Shown here: positions 47,297 through 57,396 of the stretch, one piece after another
Position numbering within the stretch: the first letter of the stretch is position 1
How the letters are laid out: each line of letters begins with the position of its first letter
Origin: Fimbriimonadales bacterium
Lineage (GTDB): Bacteria > Armatimonadota > Fimbriimonadia > Fimbriimonadales > ATM1
Length of the DNA stretch: 64,000 bases
Assembly: GCA_051003155.1 (NCBI GenBank)
Contig: JBPCLO010000011.1
Coordinates: 1 to 64,000, forward strand
Direction of reading: 5' to 3'
Notes under the pieces: model-generated
What the model was told of the DNA's origin: nothing
Databases searched by the model: none
The model's input: only the letters and a program-made list of their open reading frames with translations
Made by a program: the position numbers and the translations under genes

Positions 47297-48648
47297 AAAA
47301 CGTTGTCGGGAAGCCATTTCCCGAGGAATCCTTTGGCCCTGCTAGGGCAAACTCTAATATCGCACCCTGTCTGCTCGCGGACGTCATCTAGGGTCAGATC
47401 GTCGAGGAAGAGGTAATCGTCCTTTAGCGTAATGTCCGGAATCGCCACGATCCCTTTCGGTTTGTGGTTATTAAGCGCATTGATGACATCTTGGCCGGTG
47501 AGCAGGCCCGCGATCGTGATGCCATGGCCGAAGAAGTTATTGATCACGACGCAGACATCAGCGGACAGGTTTTGAACCTGGGAGAGGCGGCCGGCGAAGC
47601 TGCGAATGACCTCTGAAGGGAGAAGGCCGGTTACCAAAGTAATGTGACGAACAGCTTCGATCCGTTCGGGTAGCTTCGCGTAACCACGCTTAGCCTGGTC
47701 GAGGAATAGCCGGCAGGTTCCAACACCGTCTTCGAACTGGGGAAAGTCCTCATACCAAGGTCTCGGCGGCACTGAGCGGCCCGCATAAAAGAACCACTCG
47801 TCGCTGGGAAATACGAACCGGGTACCCAAAGTCGGTTTAAGCTTCAGATGCCAGTGGCGAACCTGGGCGAGCAGGTTGCGGCTGTACTCAGGCGTCACCC
47901 TTCTCACCGGGTAGAGATTGTGTCTAAACTTGCTTAACCCAACTGGAACGATCGCTACACTAAGAACTCCTCCGTCGTGGCCGGTTCGCTTTGTGTGGAG
48001 CTCGGAGAGCTGTTCGATTGTAGTGTCGAGCGCTTTCCCGTCGTTCAGGCCCGGACAAAGTACTATTTGGCAGTGGACGCTGATACCGCTCCGGTTCAGG
48101 TCTTCGAGGCGCGGAATGATCGGTTCGGGTGCTGGACGGCCGAGCATGAAGCCCCTGAGCCGCGCATCTGCCGCGTGCACGCTGACGTAAAGCGGGGAGA
48201 GGCCCTGCTCCTTAGTACGTTCGAACTCCTCGTCGCCCATATTCGTTAGCGTCACGTAGTTGCCGTGAAGGAAGCTGAGCCTGAAATCGTCGTCCATCAG
48301 ATAGAGGCTCTTGCGCATGCCTTTCGGCATCTGATGGATGAAGCAGAAGACGCACTTGTTATCGCACGTATGGATTTGGTCGGCCAGTTCGAAGGTGAAA
48401 TTGAAGCCGAGGTCCTCGCCCCACGCCCGCTCGACAAGCACCGTTTGAAAGACGCCGTCTCGAACAAACTCGATTTCGAACTCCTCTTGGCTCGAGTGAT
48501 AACGGAGGTCGACGACATCGTTCACCGCGTGGCCGTCAATCCGGCGAAGGACGTCGTGAGGCTCGAACCCTGCCCGCGCAACCGGCGATCCTGGGTCGAC
48601 AGCACTTATGACAAGACCTTGGTTCTTGGCCATCACGAGTTCGGACAT
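47293..48648 (-). CDS. PDZ + radical-SAM-like + DUF512 protein
   Basis: CDNKCVFC, DDDFRLSFLHGNYVTLTN, SDEW, Q.EDGVG, AGLLTG.D. Confidence 0.92.
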   Translation of the reverse strand: MSELVMAKNQGLVISAVDPGSPVARAGFEPHDVLRRIDGHAVNDVVDLRYHSSQEEFEIEFVRDGVFQTVLVERAWGEDLGFNFTFELADQIHTCDNKCVFCFIHQMPKGMRKSLYLMDDDFRLSFLHGNYVTLTNMGDEEFERTKEQGLSPLYVSVHAADARLRGFMLGRPAPEPIIPRLEDLNRSGISVHCQIVLCPGLNDGKALDTTIEQLSELHTKRTGHDGGVLSVAIVPVGLSKFRHNLYPVRRVTPEYSRNLLAQVRHWHLKLKPTLGTRFVFPSDEWFFYAGRSVPPRPWYEDFPQFEDGVGTCRLFLDQAKRGYAKLPERIEAVRHITLVTGLLPSEVIRSFAGRLSQVQNLSADVCVVINNFFGHGITIAGLLTGQDVINALNNHKPKGIVAIPDITLKDDYLFLDDLTLDDVREQTGCDIRVCPSRAKGFLGKWLPDNVF

Positions 48649-48673
48649 CTATCCGATTAAACCCGGACCAGAG

Positions 48674-48689
48674 TGTTTCACGTGAAACA
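48674..48689. other. parS centromere-like site
   Basis: Perfect intergenic palindrome TGTTTCACGTGAAACA. Confidence 0.92.
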
Positions 48690-48803
48690 TTGTCCTATCT
48701 TGCGGAGCGTCGCGCTAGGCCAGTGCCAGTTCCGATGCACGGCTTCGCAAAGGCATGTTCTGTACCGTCCGGTACATTAGTTGCAACGTGTATAGTGCGT
48801 AGC

Positions 48804-49793
48804 ATGCCCGCGATCTTGGTCGATGATCTGTCGAAGACCTACTACACACACAAGAAGCAGCCCGGAATCCTCGGCGCCGTGAAGGGCCTTTTCACCCGGG
48901 AGAAGGTTTCGGTGGAAGCGGTCAAGAGCGTCAGCTTCTCGATCGAAGAGGGAGAAGTGGTAGGCTTCCTCGGTCCGAACGGCGCAGGGAAAACTACGAC
49001 GCTCAAAGTGCTCAGCGGAATTCTTTTCCCGACTTCCGGCAGGGCCGAGGTGCTCGGATACAACCCGTGGGACCGCCGGCCGGAGATGCAGAAGCAGATC
49101 TCACTTGTCATGGGCAACAAGATGCAGCTCTGGTGGGACTTGCCGGCGTGGGACAGCTTTCAAGTCCTCAAGGAAATATACGAAGTTTCCGACAGCGACT
49201 TCAGGGCAAGGGCCGAGTTCTTAGTCGAGACACTTCAGCTCGAGGACAAGATACACACGCAGGTGCGAAAGCTCAGTCTAGGCGAGAGGATGAAGTGCGA
49301 GTTGGTCGCCGCGCTTCTTCACAACCCGAAAGTCATCTTCCTCGACGAGCCCACGATCGGCCTCGATGTTGTATCGCAAAAGAAAATCCGGGAATTCCTG
49401 AAGGACTATAACCGAGAAACTAATTCCACAATTATCCTCACGAGCCATTATATGCAAGACGTGGCGGAATTATGCGAGCGAATTATCGTTATCGACCACG
49501 GAAAGCAGGTTTTTGCGGGTTCTTTGGCAACTCTTTCGAGGCAGTTCAGCCCCGTTAAACAATTAAGACTGGTGTTCAGTTCGGCACCGACTACCGATTT
49601 ATCGGCCTACGGCCGCGTCGTCAGCTCGTCGGAAATGGAGGCGGTAATCGAGGTTCCTCGCGAGGAAACTACGAGAATCGCCGCGAGAATTCTTCAGGAT
49701 TTACCTGTGGAGGACATTTCGATCGACGAGGCCGATATCGAGGATGTGATCCGCGAACTCTTCACGCGCAAGCCCGACGCAACCCCGGTATAA
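48804..49793 (+). CDS. ABC transporter ATP-binding protein
   Basis: GPNGAGKTT, LSLGERMK, FLDEPT, TSH. Confidence 0.94.
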   Translation: MPAILVDDLSKTYYTHKKQPGILGAVKGLFTREKVSVEAVKSVSFSIEEGEVVGFLGPNGAGKTTTLKVLSGILFPTSGRAEVLGYNPWDRRPEMQKQISLVMGNKMQLWWDLPAWDSFQVLKEIYEVSDSDFRARAEFLVETLQLEDKIHTQVRKLSLGERMKCELVAALLHNPKVIFLDEPTIGLDVVSQKKIREFLKDYNRETNSTIILTSHYMQDVAELCERIIVIDHGKQVFAGSLATLSRQFSPVKQLRLVFSSAPTTDLSAYGRVVSSSEMEAVIEVPREETTRIAARILQDLPVEDISIDEADIEDVIRELFTRKPDATPV

Positions 49794-49829
49794 TCCGAGC
49801 AACTTTCAACACAGGAAGGTGTTAAACGG

Positions 49830-52445
49830 ATGACGGATTCGACGCTTTCCACCCGCTACGACCCGAAGCTGGTGGAGGAAAAGTGGTATGCGCGATGGGA
49901 AGAGGCGGGTCTCTTCGCGCCGAACGGTGCAGGCGACCCGTACTGCATCACGATCCCGCCCCCCAACGTAACGGGAAGCCTCCACATAGGCCACGCACTC
50001 TGCTATGCGGTGCAAGACGTCCTCGGCAGGTGGAAACGCATGCAGGGCTTCGATGTTCTCATCATGCCGGGCATGGACCACGCTGGCATCGCCACCCACA
50101 AGGTCGTGGAGGGCCAACTCAAGCAGGAAGGCCTATCTCGCTGGGACGTCGGCCGCGAGAAATTCGTCGAGCGGGTTTGGAAGTGGAAGGAAGAGTCGGG
50201 AGGGACGATCCTACGCCAGTTCAGGCGGCTCGGCTTCGCATTCGATTGGTCGCGCGAGCGCTTCACCATGGACCCCGCTTATCACGACGCAGTCTTGAAG
50301 GTGTTCGTCGAGTGGTTCGAGCGCGGGCTGATCTACCGCGGCAAGCGGGTTATCAATTGGGACCCTGGCCTGCGAACGAGCGTCAGCGACATCGAGATGT
50401 ACGACGAAGTGCGGCGAGGCAAGCTGTACCATGTCCGGTACCCGTTCGCGGACGGGAGTGGCCACGTCGTCGTTGCGACAACCCGTCCGGAAACGATGCT
50501 CGCAGACGTGGCTGTGGCGGTTAACCCTAAAGACGGGCGTTACACGGGCTTGGCCGGCAAGAAGCTCATACTGCCTTTGGTTCGCGTGGAAATTCCACTG
50601 ATCTCCGACGAGTACCCCGATCCGGAGTTCGGGACCGGGGCGGTGAAGATCACCCCGGCTCATGACCCGAACGACTTCATGGTCGGCCAGCGGATGGGCT
50701 TGGATTTCGACGACCCGAAGCAGGTCCCGGTCTGCATCGGAGAGGACGCAAGAGTCCATTTCCCGGGCTCAGACTATCACGGATTGGACCGTTTCGAGGC
50801 TCGCAAGCGCATCGTGGAAGACCTGGAACAGGAGGGACATCTCGAGAAAATCGAGGACTACGACATTCCGCTCAAGATCAGCGACCGCAGCGGCCAGGTT
50901 ATCGAACCTCTCCTCAGCGAACAATGGTTTTGCAGCATGAAGCCCCTGGCAGCGCCCGCAATCGAAGCCGTAAGGAGCGGAAAGATTAAGTTCACGCCGG
51001 AAAGGTACACCGATGTGTATTTGCGCTGGATGGAGGACATCCGCGACTGGTGCCTCAGTCGCCAACTCTGGTGGGGCCATCGCATCCCAATCTACTACGA
51101 CGAGCACGGCACGGCCTACGCGGCAATGTCTCCGGAAGAGGCAGAGGCGAAGGCTGGCGGCCCGGTTGCGCAAGACCCCGACGTGCTCGACACGTGGTTC
51201 TCGAGCGCGCTTTGGCCGTTCGCTACTCTCGGCTGGCCGGAGCAGACGGCCGACCTCGCCAAGTTCTATCCGACGAACGTTCTCGTTACAGCCCGCGACA
51301 TCATCTACCTTTGGGTAGCGCGCATGATCATGGACGGGCTCGACCAGATGCAGGAGATTCCCTTCCGTGACGTGTATATCTACGCGACCGTGCTCACCGA
51401 GGACGGAAAGCGGATGAGCAAGTCGCTCGGAACCGGACTAGACCCGCTGGAGTACATCGATTCGTTCGGGGCGGACGCGATGCGGTTCTCCCTGCTGGTG
51501 CAGACCGGACACAACCAAGAAATCCGGTTCGGCGAGAAGCGGATCGAAGAAGCGCGGAACTTCTGCAACAAGATCTGGAACGCCTCTCGCTTCGCGCTCA
51601 TGCACATGGGGGGGACTGCCGACTGCGGGCTGCCGACCGCCGATGCGCTCGAAGACCGATGGATTCTGTCACGGCTCCGAGCCTGTGGTGAAGCGGTGCA
51701 TGCCGCGCTCGACGACTACAACATGATGGAGGCTTGTAAGGCGCTCCACGAGTTCTTCTGGTCGGAGTTTTGCGACTGGTACATCGAGCTCGCGAAATCA
51801 CGGCTGGAAAAGGGTGAGGAGACACCTCGCCGAATCATTGCAGCCGCGCTCGATCATTTCTGCCGGTGGATGCACCCGGTTATGCCGCATATCACCGAAG
51901 AAATCTGGCACATGCTGCCTGGGATCGAGCCGGATGGGTTCCTCGAAACCGCCCAGTGGCCGCGAATCGGTTCGGAGTTCGGGGACGCGCGAGCCGAGTC
52001 GGAGATGGGCCGGCACATGGAAGTAATCCGCGCGATCCGAAGCCTTCGTCAAGAAGCCGGCATCACGCCAAAACAGCAGCTACCATCGTTGCACATCGAG
52101 GGCGTCGGCTTCGATATGGATATTATTAGCTCGCAAACCTGGTTCGATTGCATCGTAGCCGGTCCCGCCGATGGCCCGACTGCCGGGACCGTTGCCGAAG
52201 GGCTCATGATCCATTTGCCGCTCACAGGTCTTATCGACAAGGCGAAGGAACTCGACCGGTTGGAGCGCGAAGAGGAGAAGGTTCTCAGGGAACTCGCCGG
52301 AACCATGGCGCGGCTCGATAACCCACAATTCGCCGAGCGCGCAAAGCCGGAAGTTGTCGAGCGCGACCGGCAAGCGGCACGTGAGGCGAATGAGAAGCTG
52401 GAGAGATTGCGCAAGCGCCGAGCAGAGATTGCGGCCCTCCCCTGA
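49830..52445 (+). CDS. valS: Valine--tRNA ligase
   Basis: PPPNVTGSLHIGHA, ATTRPET, SRQLWWGH, DTWFSS, RMSKS, coiled-coil tail. Confidence 0.98.
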   Translation: MTDSTLSTRYDPKLVEEKWYARWEEAGLFAPNGAGDPYCITIPPPNVTGSLHIGHALCYAVQDVLGRWKRMQGFDVLIMPGMDHAGIATHKVVEGQLKQEGLSRWDVGREKFVERVWKWKEESGGTILRQFRRLGFAFDWSRERFTMDPAYHDAVLKVFVEWFERGLIYRGKRVINWDPGLRTSVSDIEMYDEVRRGKLYHVRYPFADGSGHVVVATTRPETMLADVAVAVNPKDGRYTGLAGKKLILPLVRVEIPLISDEYPDPEFGTGAVKITPAHDPNDFMVGQRMGLDFDDPKQVPVCIGEDARVHFPGSDYHGLDRFEARKRIVEDLEQEGHLEKIEDYDIPLKISDRSGQVIEPLLSEQWFCSMKPLAAPAIEAVRSGKIKFTPERYTDVYLRWMEDIRDWCLSRQLWWGHRIPIYYDEHGTAYAAMSPEEAEAKAGGPVAQDPDVLDTWFSSALWPFATLGWPEQTADLAKFYPTNVLVTARDIIYLWVARMIMDGLDQMQEIPFRDVYIYATVLTEDGKRMSKSLGTGLDPLEYIDSFGADAMRFSLLVQTGHNQEIRFGEKRIEEARNFCNKIWNASRFALMHMGGTADCGLPTADALEDRWILSRLRACGEAVHAALDDYNMMEACKALHEFFWSEFCDWYIELAKSRLEKGEETPRRIIAAALDHFCRWMHPVMPHITEEIWHMLPGIEPDGFLETAQWPRIGSEFGDARAESEMGRHMEVIRAIRSLRQEAGITPKQQLPSLHIEGVGFDMDIISSQTWFDCIVAGPADGPTAGTVAEGLMIHLPLTGLIDKAKELDRLEREEEKVLRELAGTMARLDNPQFAERAKPEVVERDRQAAREANEKLERLRKRRAEIAALP

Positions 52446-52623
52446 GCGTACGACTGCCGACTGCCGATGGAGGGCGAACCTTTAGCTAGCCGGAAAAGTT
52501 CAGTCCACCGAAAGTGTACATGGACGAGCCGCACAAGGTGTGTTACTCGACCAAGTTCGCAGCTGCACGTCCAAGGAACCGGACCGTGGCAGTGCCTGAC
52601 TCATGCTCCGCCATAATGGGCCC

Positions 52624-53604
52624 ATGAACCGTTTGGCCGTGGTTTGTGTCGCCACTCTGAATTTCGGATGCTTGCCCGCGAGGGCACAGTTGCCAAAGCT
52701 CGAACCGCCCGAGTACCGAATCGAGCCGTTCACGGTCGAGCACATACGGGGTTACGCCGATCAAGGAGTGGACCTGCTTTCGAATGAGGGCCCCGGCCAC
52801 CGATGGATGTACCGCGCGGTTCATGACCTGCGGATCGATGTCATGGAGTTCTTGTTGGAGCGCGGGCGAAAAGCAAACGATTTGCTTCTCTTTGATCGGA
52901 CTGCCTTGTGGTATGTGGCGTACCACAGCCGGCGTGCGAATGGCGACCCGGTCAATGCGGCCGACCTCTTACTCCGGTACGGCGCCAACATCGATTTCGC
53001 CGAAACGCGGTGGTCGGAGGACACGATCTTGCACGCGGTGGCTCCGCACGGTAGTTCGGAGCTGGCCGCCTACCTAATACGGCGCGGAGCCGATATGGAG
53101 GCCCAGAACGTACGGGGTCAAACGCCGCTTATGAAAGCATGCGAGGATCTCCGGCGGCCCAGTAATCCGGATGACACGGAAAGGGGGCGAAAGCGGAGGG
53201 CGGCAAGGGACTCGCTGATTCGCACGATGGTAGAAGCCGGGTGCGATCCTTTGCGTCCCGGCCAACGCAGTGCAACTCCGCTCCACATCATCGCGTTTGT
53301 CGGCCGCACAGACCTTGCGGACGTCGTGTTCAGGGCCAAGAAGTACGCCGATCTCGTGACCGTGGATGGCCAGACACCGCTGCACGTAGCGACGCTCACG
53401 CGAACGAACTCGGAGATGGTTCGGCTGCTTCTGAAGGCGGGCGCCGACCCGAACCTGCTGGACGTTTCTAACGAGCGCCCTCTGGATATCGCCGAGCGCA
53501 AGAACTTCACCGAGCTGGTTCAGATCTTGCGCCCGGTTACGGGAAGTTTTGCAAACTCCGACTTCGCCGCGGTCAAGATGCTCGACACTTTGCATGATTT
53601 GTGA
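52624..53604 (+). CDS. Secreted ankyrin-repeat protein, paralog 1
   Basis: GQTPL and TPLH repeats; N-terminal block shared with the two downstream paralogs. Confidence 0.88.
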   Translation: MNRLAVVCVATLNFGCLPARAQLPKLEPPEYRIEPFTVEHIRGYADQGVDLLSNEGPGHRWMYRAVHDLRIDVMEFLLERGRKANDLLLFDRTALWYVAYHSRRANGDPVNAADLLLRYGANIDFAETRWSEDTILHAVAPHGSSELAAYLIRRGADMEAQNVRGQTPLMKACEDLRRPSNPDDTERGRKRRAARDSLIRTMVEAGCDPLRPGQRSATPLHIIAFVGRTDLADVVFRAKKYADLVTVDGQTPLHVATLTRTNSEMVRLLLKAGADPNLLDVSNERPLDIAERKNFTELVQILRPVTGSFANSDFAAVKMLDTLHDL

Positions 53605-53816
53605 CCGGAGTGAACCAGCAGGTGTACGTGCTCGGGCATGACAACGTAAGCCCATACCTTGAACCCCAACCTAAGCCTGCCCTCGTCGAGACACTCGAGG
53701 AAGAGCTTCTTCACTGCGTCCTCGTCAAGCAGCGGTTGCCTGCGGCAGCAACTGAACGTAAGTTCGTGCGCGTGCCCCGGTTCGTCGAATGCGCGCCGCC
53801 GCTTTCTCCGCTCCAC
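53544..53816 (-). mobile_element. Truncated REP-associated tyrosine transposase (RAYT / Y1 HUH)
   Basis: GHAHELTFSC..R.PLL, WAYVVMPEHVHLLV; C-terminal catalytic Tyr region absent. Confidence 0.85.
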
Positions 53817-53999
53817 CGGCGAGAGGTTACCGCGCCGGCACCGCCCGCCTTCGCCGACACTCGCAGCACGGACGAGCGGTTGTAGGGCCCTCGGCGGGCG
53901 TGGGTTTGGTGTCCCGCTCATCCGTGGCACCCTGGCTTTCACCATCACTCCGGCCACCCGCCGTTTCTCCCGGATTAGCTGCTCCAGCATAATGTAGCC

Positions 54000-54989
54000 A
54001 TGATCAGGGCGTTGCTGCTAATGGTGGCGTTGGCTGGATGCACTACAACACCGAACTCGCCGGAGCCGCCGCCGCCGCCGCCCCCGCCGACTCCGCCGAC
54101 TCGGCCAAGCAAGCCTCTACCCGCTGAACTGAAGCCTCCTGTGTTTTGGTTCGAGCCATTTACGGTGGATCGCGTCCGTCGGTACGCCGACGAGGGGGTC
54201 GACATTTTGTTGCCCTTGGGTCCCGGCTACTACTGGATGTTTCGAGCTGCCTACGAACTCAAGACTGAAATACTCGAGTATCTGCTTCAAAAGGGACGCA
54301 AACCCAACGAGATCCTTTCTCATAGCGGTACCGCCTTGTGGTGGGTCGCGAATAGCCAGCGATCGAAAGGCGACAAGGTCAAGGCCGCGGCGCTACTGCT
54401 CCGATACGGTGCCGATCCGAATTTCGCCACGGAGCTGGAAGGCGGGCCTCTACACGCCATGCATTATAAAGGGGACGCCGACATGGCCACGTATCTTATC
54501 CATCACGGCGCGCGTACCGAGGCCGTAGATGGCAGCGGCCAAACCCCGCTCTACAAGGGCATGGCCACGCTCAGGCATTACAGAAATGACGATGGCTTTG
54601 CCCGCGCAGGCCGTAATGACGCCGTCATCAAGGCTTTGATCCGTGGAGGCTGTGACCCCCTGAATCCCGGTCCGGCGAAGGCAACGCCGCTTCACATTGC
54701 GGCATTTCTGGGGCGCACCGACCTCGTCGAGCTCATGCTGCAACATGCGCCGTACCGGGAGGTACGCAACGGGGACGTGCAGACCCCTTTGCACGTGGCT
54801 GCGCTCACGGGTTCGAATGCTGAGATGGTTCGGCTTTTGCTTAGCGCCGGGGCCGATCCGAACGTTCTTGACGCTTATGGCGAACGCCCGCTCGAGATCG
54901 CCCTTCGGAAGAACTATCTGGAACTCGTCTCGGTTCTGCTTCCCGCGACATGCTCACAACTGATTTTGCCGTGGCTACGCACACCATAA
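54000..54989 (+). CDS. Ankyrin-repeat lipoprotein, paralog 2, poly-Pro linker
   Basis: LAGC lipobox, long Pro run, ankyrin repeats. Confidence 0.88.
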   Translation: MIRALLLMVALAGCTTTPNSPEPPPPPPPPTPPTRPSKPLPAELKPPVFWFEPFTVDRVRRYADEGVDILLPLGPGYYWMFRAAYELKTEILEYLLQKGRKPNEILSHSGTALWWVANSQRSKGDKVKAAALLLRYGADPNFATELEGGPLHAMHYKGDADMATYLIHHGARTEAVDGSGQTPLYKGMATLRHYRNDDGFARAGRNDAVIKALIRGGCDPLNPGPAKATPLHIAAFLGRTDLVELMLQHAPYREVRNGDVQTPLHVAALTGSNAEMVRLLLSAGADPNVLDAYGERPLEIALRKNYLELVSVLLPATCSQLILPWLRTP

Positions 54990-54996
54990 TTGACAA

Positions 54997-55917
54997 ATGA
55001 AAGCGTTGGTCGTGCTGGCAGCGCTGTGCGGATGCGCTGCCTCGAACGAAACGCAGACCCACGCTGAAGGCTTGTCGTTGCCACCCGAGCTCAAGCCTCC
55101 GCTGTACCGCTTCGAGCCGTTTACGCTAGAAGGGGTACGCCGATACGCCGATCAGGGTGTCGATTTGTTGTCTCCGGATGGCCCCGGCACAAAGTGGATG
55201 TATCGTGCTGTTTACGACCTACAGATCGACATCATGGAGTACCTTCTCGAAAAAGGGCGCAAGGCGAACGATCTCATTTTTGCCGAGACTCCTTCGCTCT
55301 GGTGGATTGCTTACCACAGTGGCATTTCCAAGGGCGATCAAACAAGAGCGGTTGAACTCCTACTGCAGCACGGCGCCAACATCGATTTCGCGTCGACGTT
55401 TGAGGAAGGCGACACCCCTTTGCATGCCATCGTCGAGTACGGAAATCCAAAGCTAGCGGCCCTTCTCATCGAACGAGGTGCCGATAAGGAGGCGGTGAAC
55501 GATCGCGGCGAGACTCCGCTGTTCAAGGCCATGGAAATGCTCCGACGGTATAAGTACGATGGCGTAGTCAAAAATGACGCGATGATCAAGTCGCTTATCG
55601 AAGAGGGTTGTGACACAGAGACCGCCTGTCGACGCAATGTCACCCCGCTGCACATCGCAGCTTTCGTCGGTCGCACGGACCTTGCGAAGGCCATGCTGGG
55701 AGCGAAGAAGTACAGCGATGTCGTGACCGTTGATAGGCAGACCCCGCTGCACGTGGCGACGCTCACTCGAACGAATTCGCAAATGGTACGGCTACTTCTG
55801 AAGGCGGGCGCCGACCCGAACCTGCGGGACGTTTCTAACGAGCGCCCTCTGGATATCGCCGAGCGCAAGAACTTCATAGAACTGGTTCAGATCTTGCGCT
55901 CGGTTACGGGCCGGTAG
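54997..55917 (+). CDS. Ankyrin-repeat lipoprotein, paralog 3
   Basis: LCGC lipobox, GDTPLH, GETPL, TPLH repeats. Confidence 0.88.
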   Translation: MKALVVLAALCGCAASNETQTHAEGLSLPPELKPPLYRFEPFTLEGVRRYADQGVDLLSPDGPGTKWMYRAVYDLQIDIMEYLLEKGRKANDLIFAETPSLWWIAYHSGISKGDQTRAVELLLQHGANIDFASTFEEGDTPLHAIVEYGNPKLAALLIERGADKEAVNDRGETPLFKAMEMLRRYKYDGVVKNDAMIKSLIEEGCDTETACRRNVTPLHIAAFVGRTDLAKAMLGAKKYSDVVTVDRQTPLHVATLTRTNSQMVRLLLKAGADPNLRDVSNERPLDIAERKNFIELVQILRSVTGR

Positions 55918-55918
55918 G

Positions 55919-57346
55919 CTACCGGCCCATGGCTTCGAGGTCGATCTCGGACGCAAGCCGCCGGGAAACTCGGACCCTTAGTCCGAGTTCGCGGCCGATC
56001 TCGCCGGCAACGAACCGATCTTTGGGGTCTACGAGCGCGATGGTTAGCATGCCACCGCCCAGTTTGCGCGGAACGATGCGTAATCTGCGCCAGTACTCCG
56101 CGGGGCGCAGGGCCAAGGCCTCTTCGGATACTTCGCCGGCTACGTGCGTGTAGCTGGAGGTGCGCATGTCGGCGATAGCCTGGCGATCCTCGGCGAAGCT
56201 CGAAAAGGCGCGAGAGGGTTCGCGAAGCGTCACCGCGGACTGGCCGCTCCGCTTCCGAAACAGAGTCCCGCCCTCTTCCGACCAGTATTTGGCGAGGCTT
56301 TTCGCGCGGCGACGTGCTTCGTCGAGTTGCTGGTGGATTCCCTTGAGCAGAGGCTCGTCGGCAAGTGGGTGAGCGAGAACTCTGAGAATGAGCCCTCGGA
56401 GGCTTGTGACGATCTCGGCGGCGGCGTGCGAGGATTGGACATCGAGGGCACCTTCCATAAGCGCTTGCGCTTCAGCAGCGAGCTTCTCCGCGGTTGCCTC
56501 GTGAGAAATGCCGAACGAAGTTGGGAGGACGAACATGGCCGTGCGCGCCTCTTTCTCGCCAGGCAACCGATACTCGACCGTGAGCCCACCCGAAAGGTCG
56601 GAAATTTCCAAGACGGTAGATCGCGTTTCGCCCGCGAACACCGTGCCGAGTTCCTTTGAAATGCCGCTAGCGGTGACGCTAACTTCCAAGAGCGAAACCG
56701 CACCGATCGCGAACCGCTCCTGGGCAAGAGCCTCGAGGATAGCATCGGCGGTGTGCGCGAAGTAGTGTCCGCCGCCGCCTTCCTTCGCCATCTTGGACAT
56801 GAGCCGCTCGTCGTAATCCATTCCGATACCGACGGTGGTGGTGTGGACTCGAGACCTGCGGCGCGCGGCTTTGGCCTTGGCGGCGACGGAGTGCGCGTCG
56901 GTGTACCTGCCCACGTTGGCCAGGCCGTCCGAGAGGAGCACCACGTATCCGTCCTCGCCGACGCGGTCGACGCCTTCTTTCCAGCCCCCATAGAGGTTCG
57001 TGGACCCGCCTGTCTCGAGGCTTCGAAGCCTGCGAGCAAGTTCAGCGCTGGGCTGCTTCAGGCCCGAAATTGTGTCGACGCCATCATCGTAAACGACCGC
57101 GGCGACCCGGTCTTGCTCGCCGAGTGTCTCGACAAACCGGGCTGCGGCTTCTCGTGCGACCGACAACTTCTCGCCCGCCATCGAGCCGCTCCTGTCGATC
57201 ACGAGGGAGACACTCAGCGGAGCCTCCTCGGCTTCCTCGCGGGATTCGCTGCCGGTAATGCGCACGAGCAGCAATCGCTCTCCTTCCGCCTCGTGTGCGG
57301 TTAGTTCGAGGCTGAATGCCTCCTGGCTATGTTTGATACGGTTCAT
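55919..57346 (-). CDS. vWA domain protein with C-terminal T2SSE_N-like domain
   Basis: MIDAS DRSGS / GSTN / LSDG; tail EALAL.P....R..IVP......LTIALVDP.D. Confidence 0.85.
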   Translation of the reverse strand: MNRIKHSQEAFSLELTAHEAEGERLLLVRITGSESREEAEEAPLSVSLVIDRSGSMAGEKLSVAREAAARFVETLGEQDRVAAVVYDDGVDTISGLKQPSAELARRLRSLETGGSTNLYGGWKEGVDRVGEDGYVVLLSDGLANVGRYTDAHSVAAKAKAARRRSRVHTTTVGIGMDYDERLMSKMAKEGGGGHYFAHTADAILEALAQERFAIGAVSLLEVSVTASGISKELGTVFAGETRSTVLEISDLSGGLTVEYRLPGEKEARTAMFVLPTSFGISHEATAEKLAAEAQALMEGALDVQSSHAAAEIVTSLRGLILRVLAHPLADEPLLKGIHQQLDEARRRAKSLAKYWSEEGGTLFRKRSGQSAVTLREPSRAFSSFAEDRQAIADMRTSSYTHVAGEVSEEALALRPAEYWRRLRIVPRKLGGGMLTIALVDPKDRFVAGEIGRELGLRVRVSRRLASEIDLEAMGR

Positions 57347-57364
57347 ACGTCACCTTCCTATGGT

Positions 57365-57396
57365 GACAGTGTACCGTAACTGTCGTCTTATGTCAA
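57365..57396 (-). promoter_or_regulatory. Sigma70-type promoter overlapped by an inverted-repeat operator
   Basis: TTGACA-17nt-TACACT on the minus strand; GACAGT-N8-ACTGTC at 57365-57384. Confidence 0.75.
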
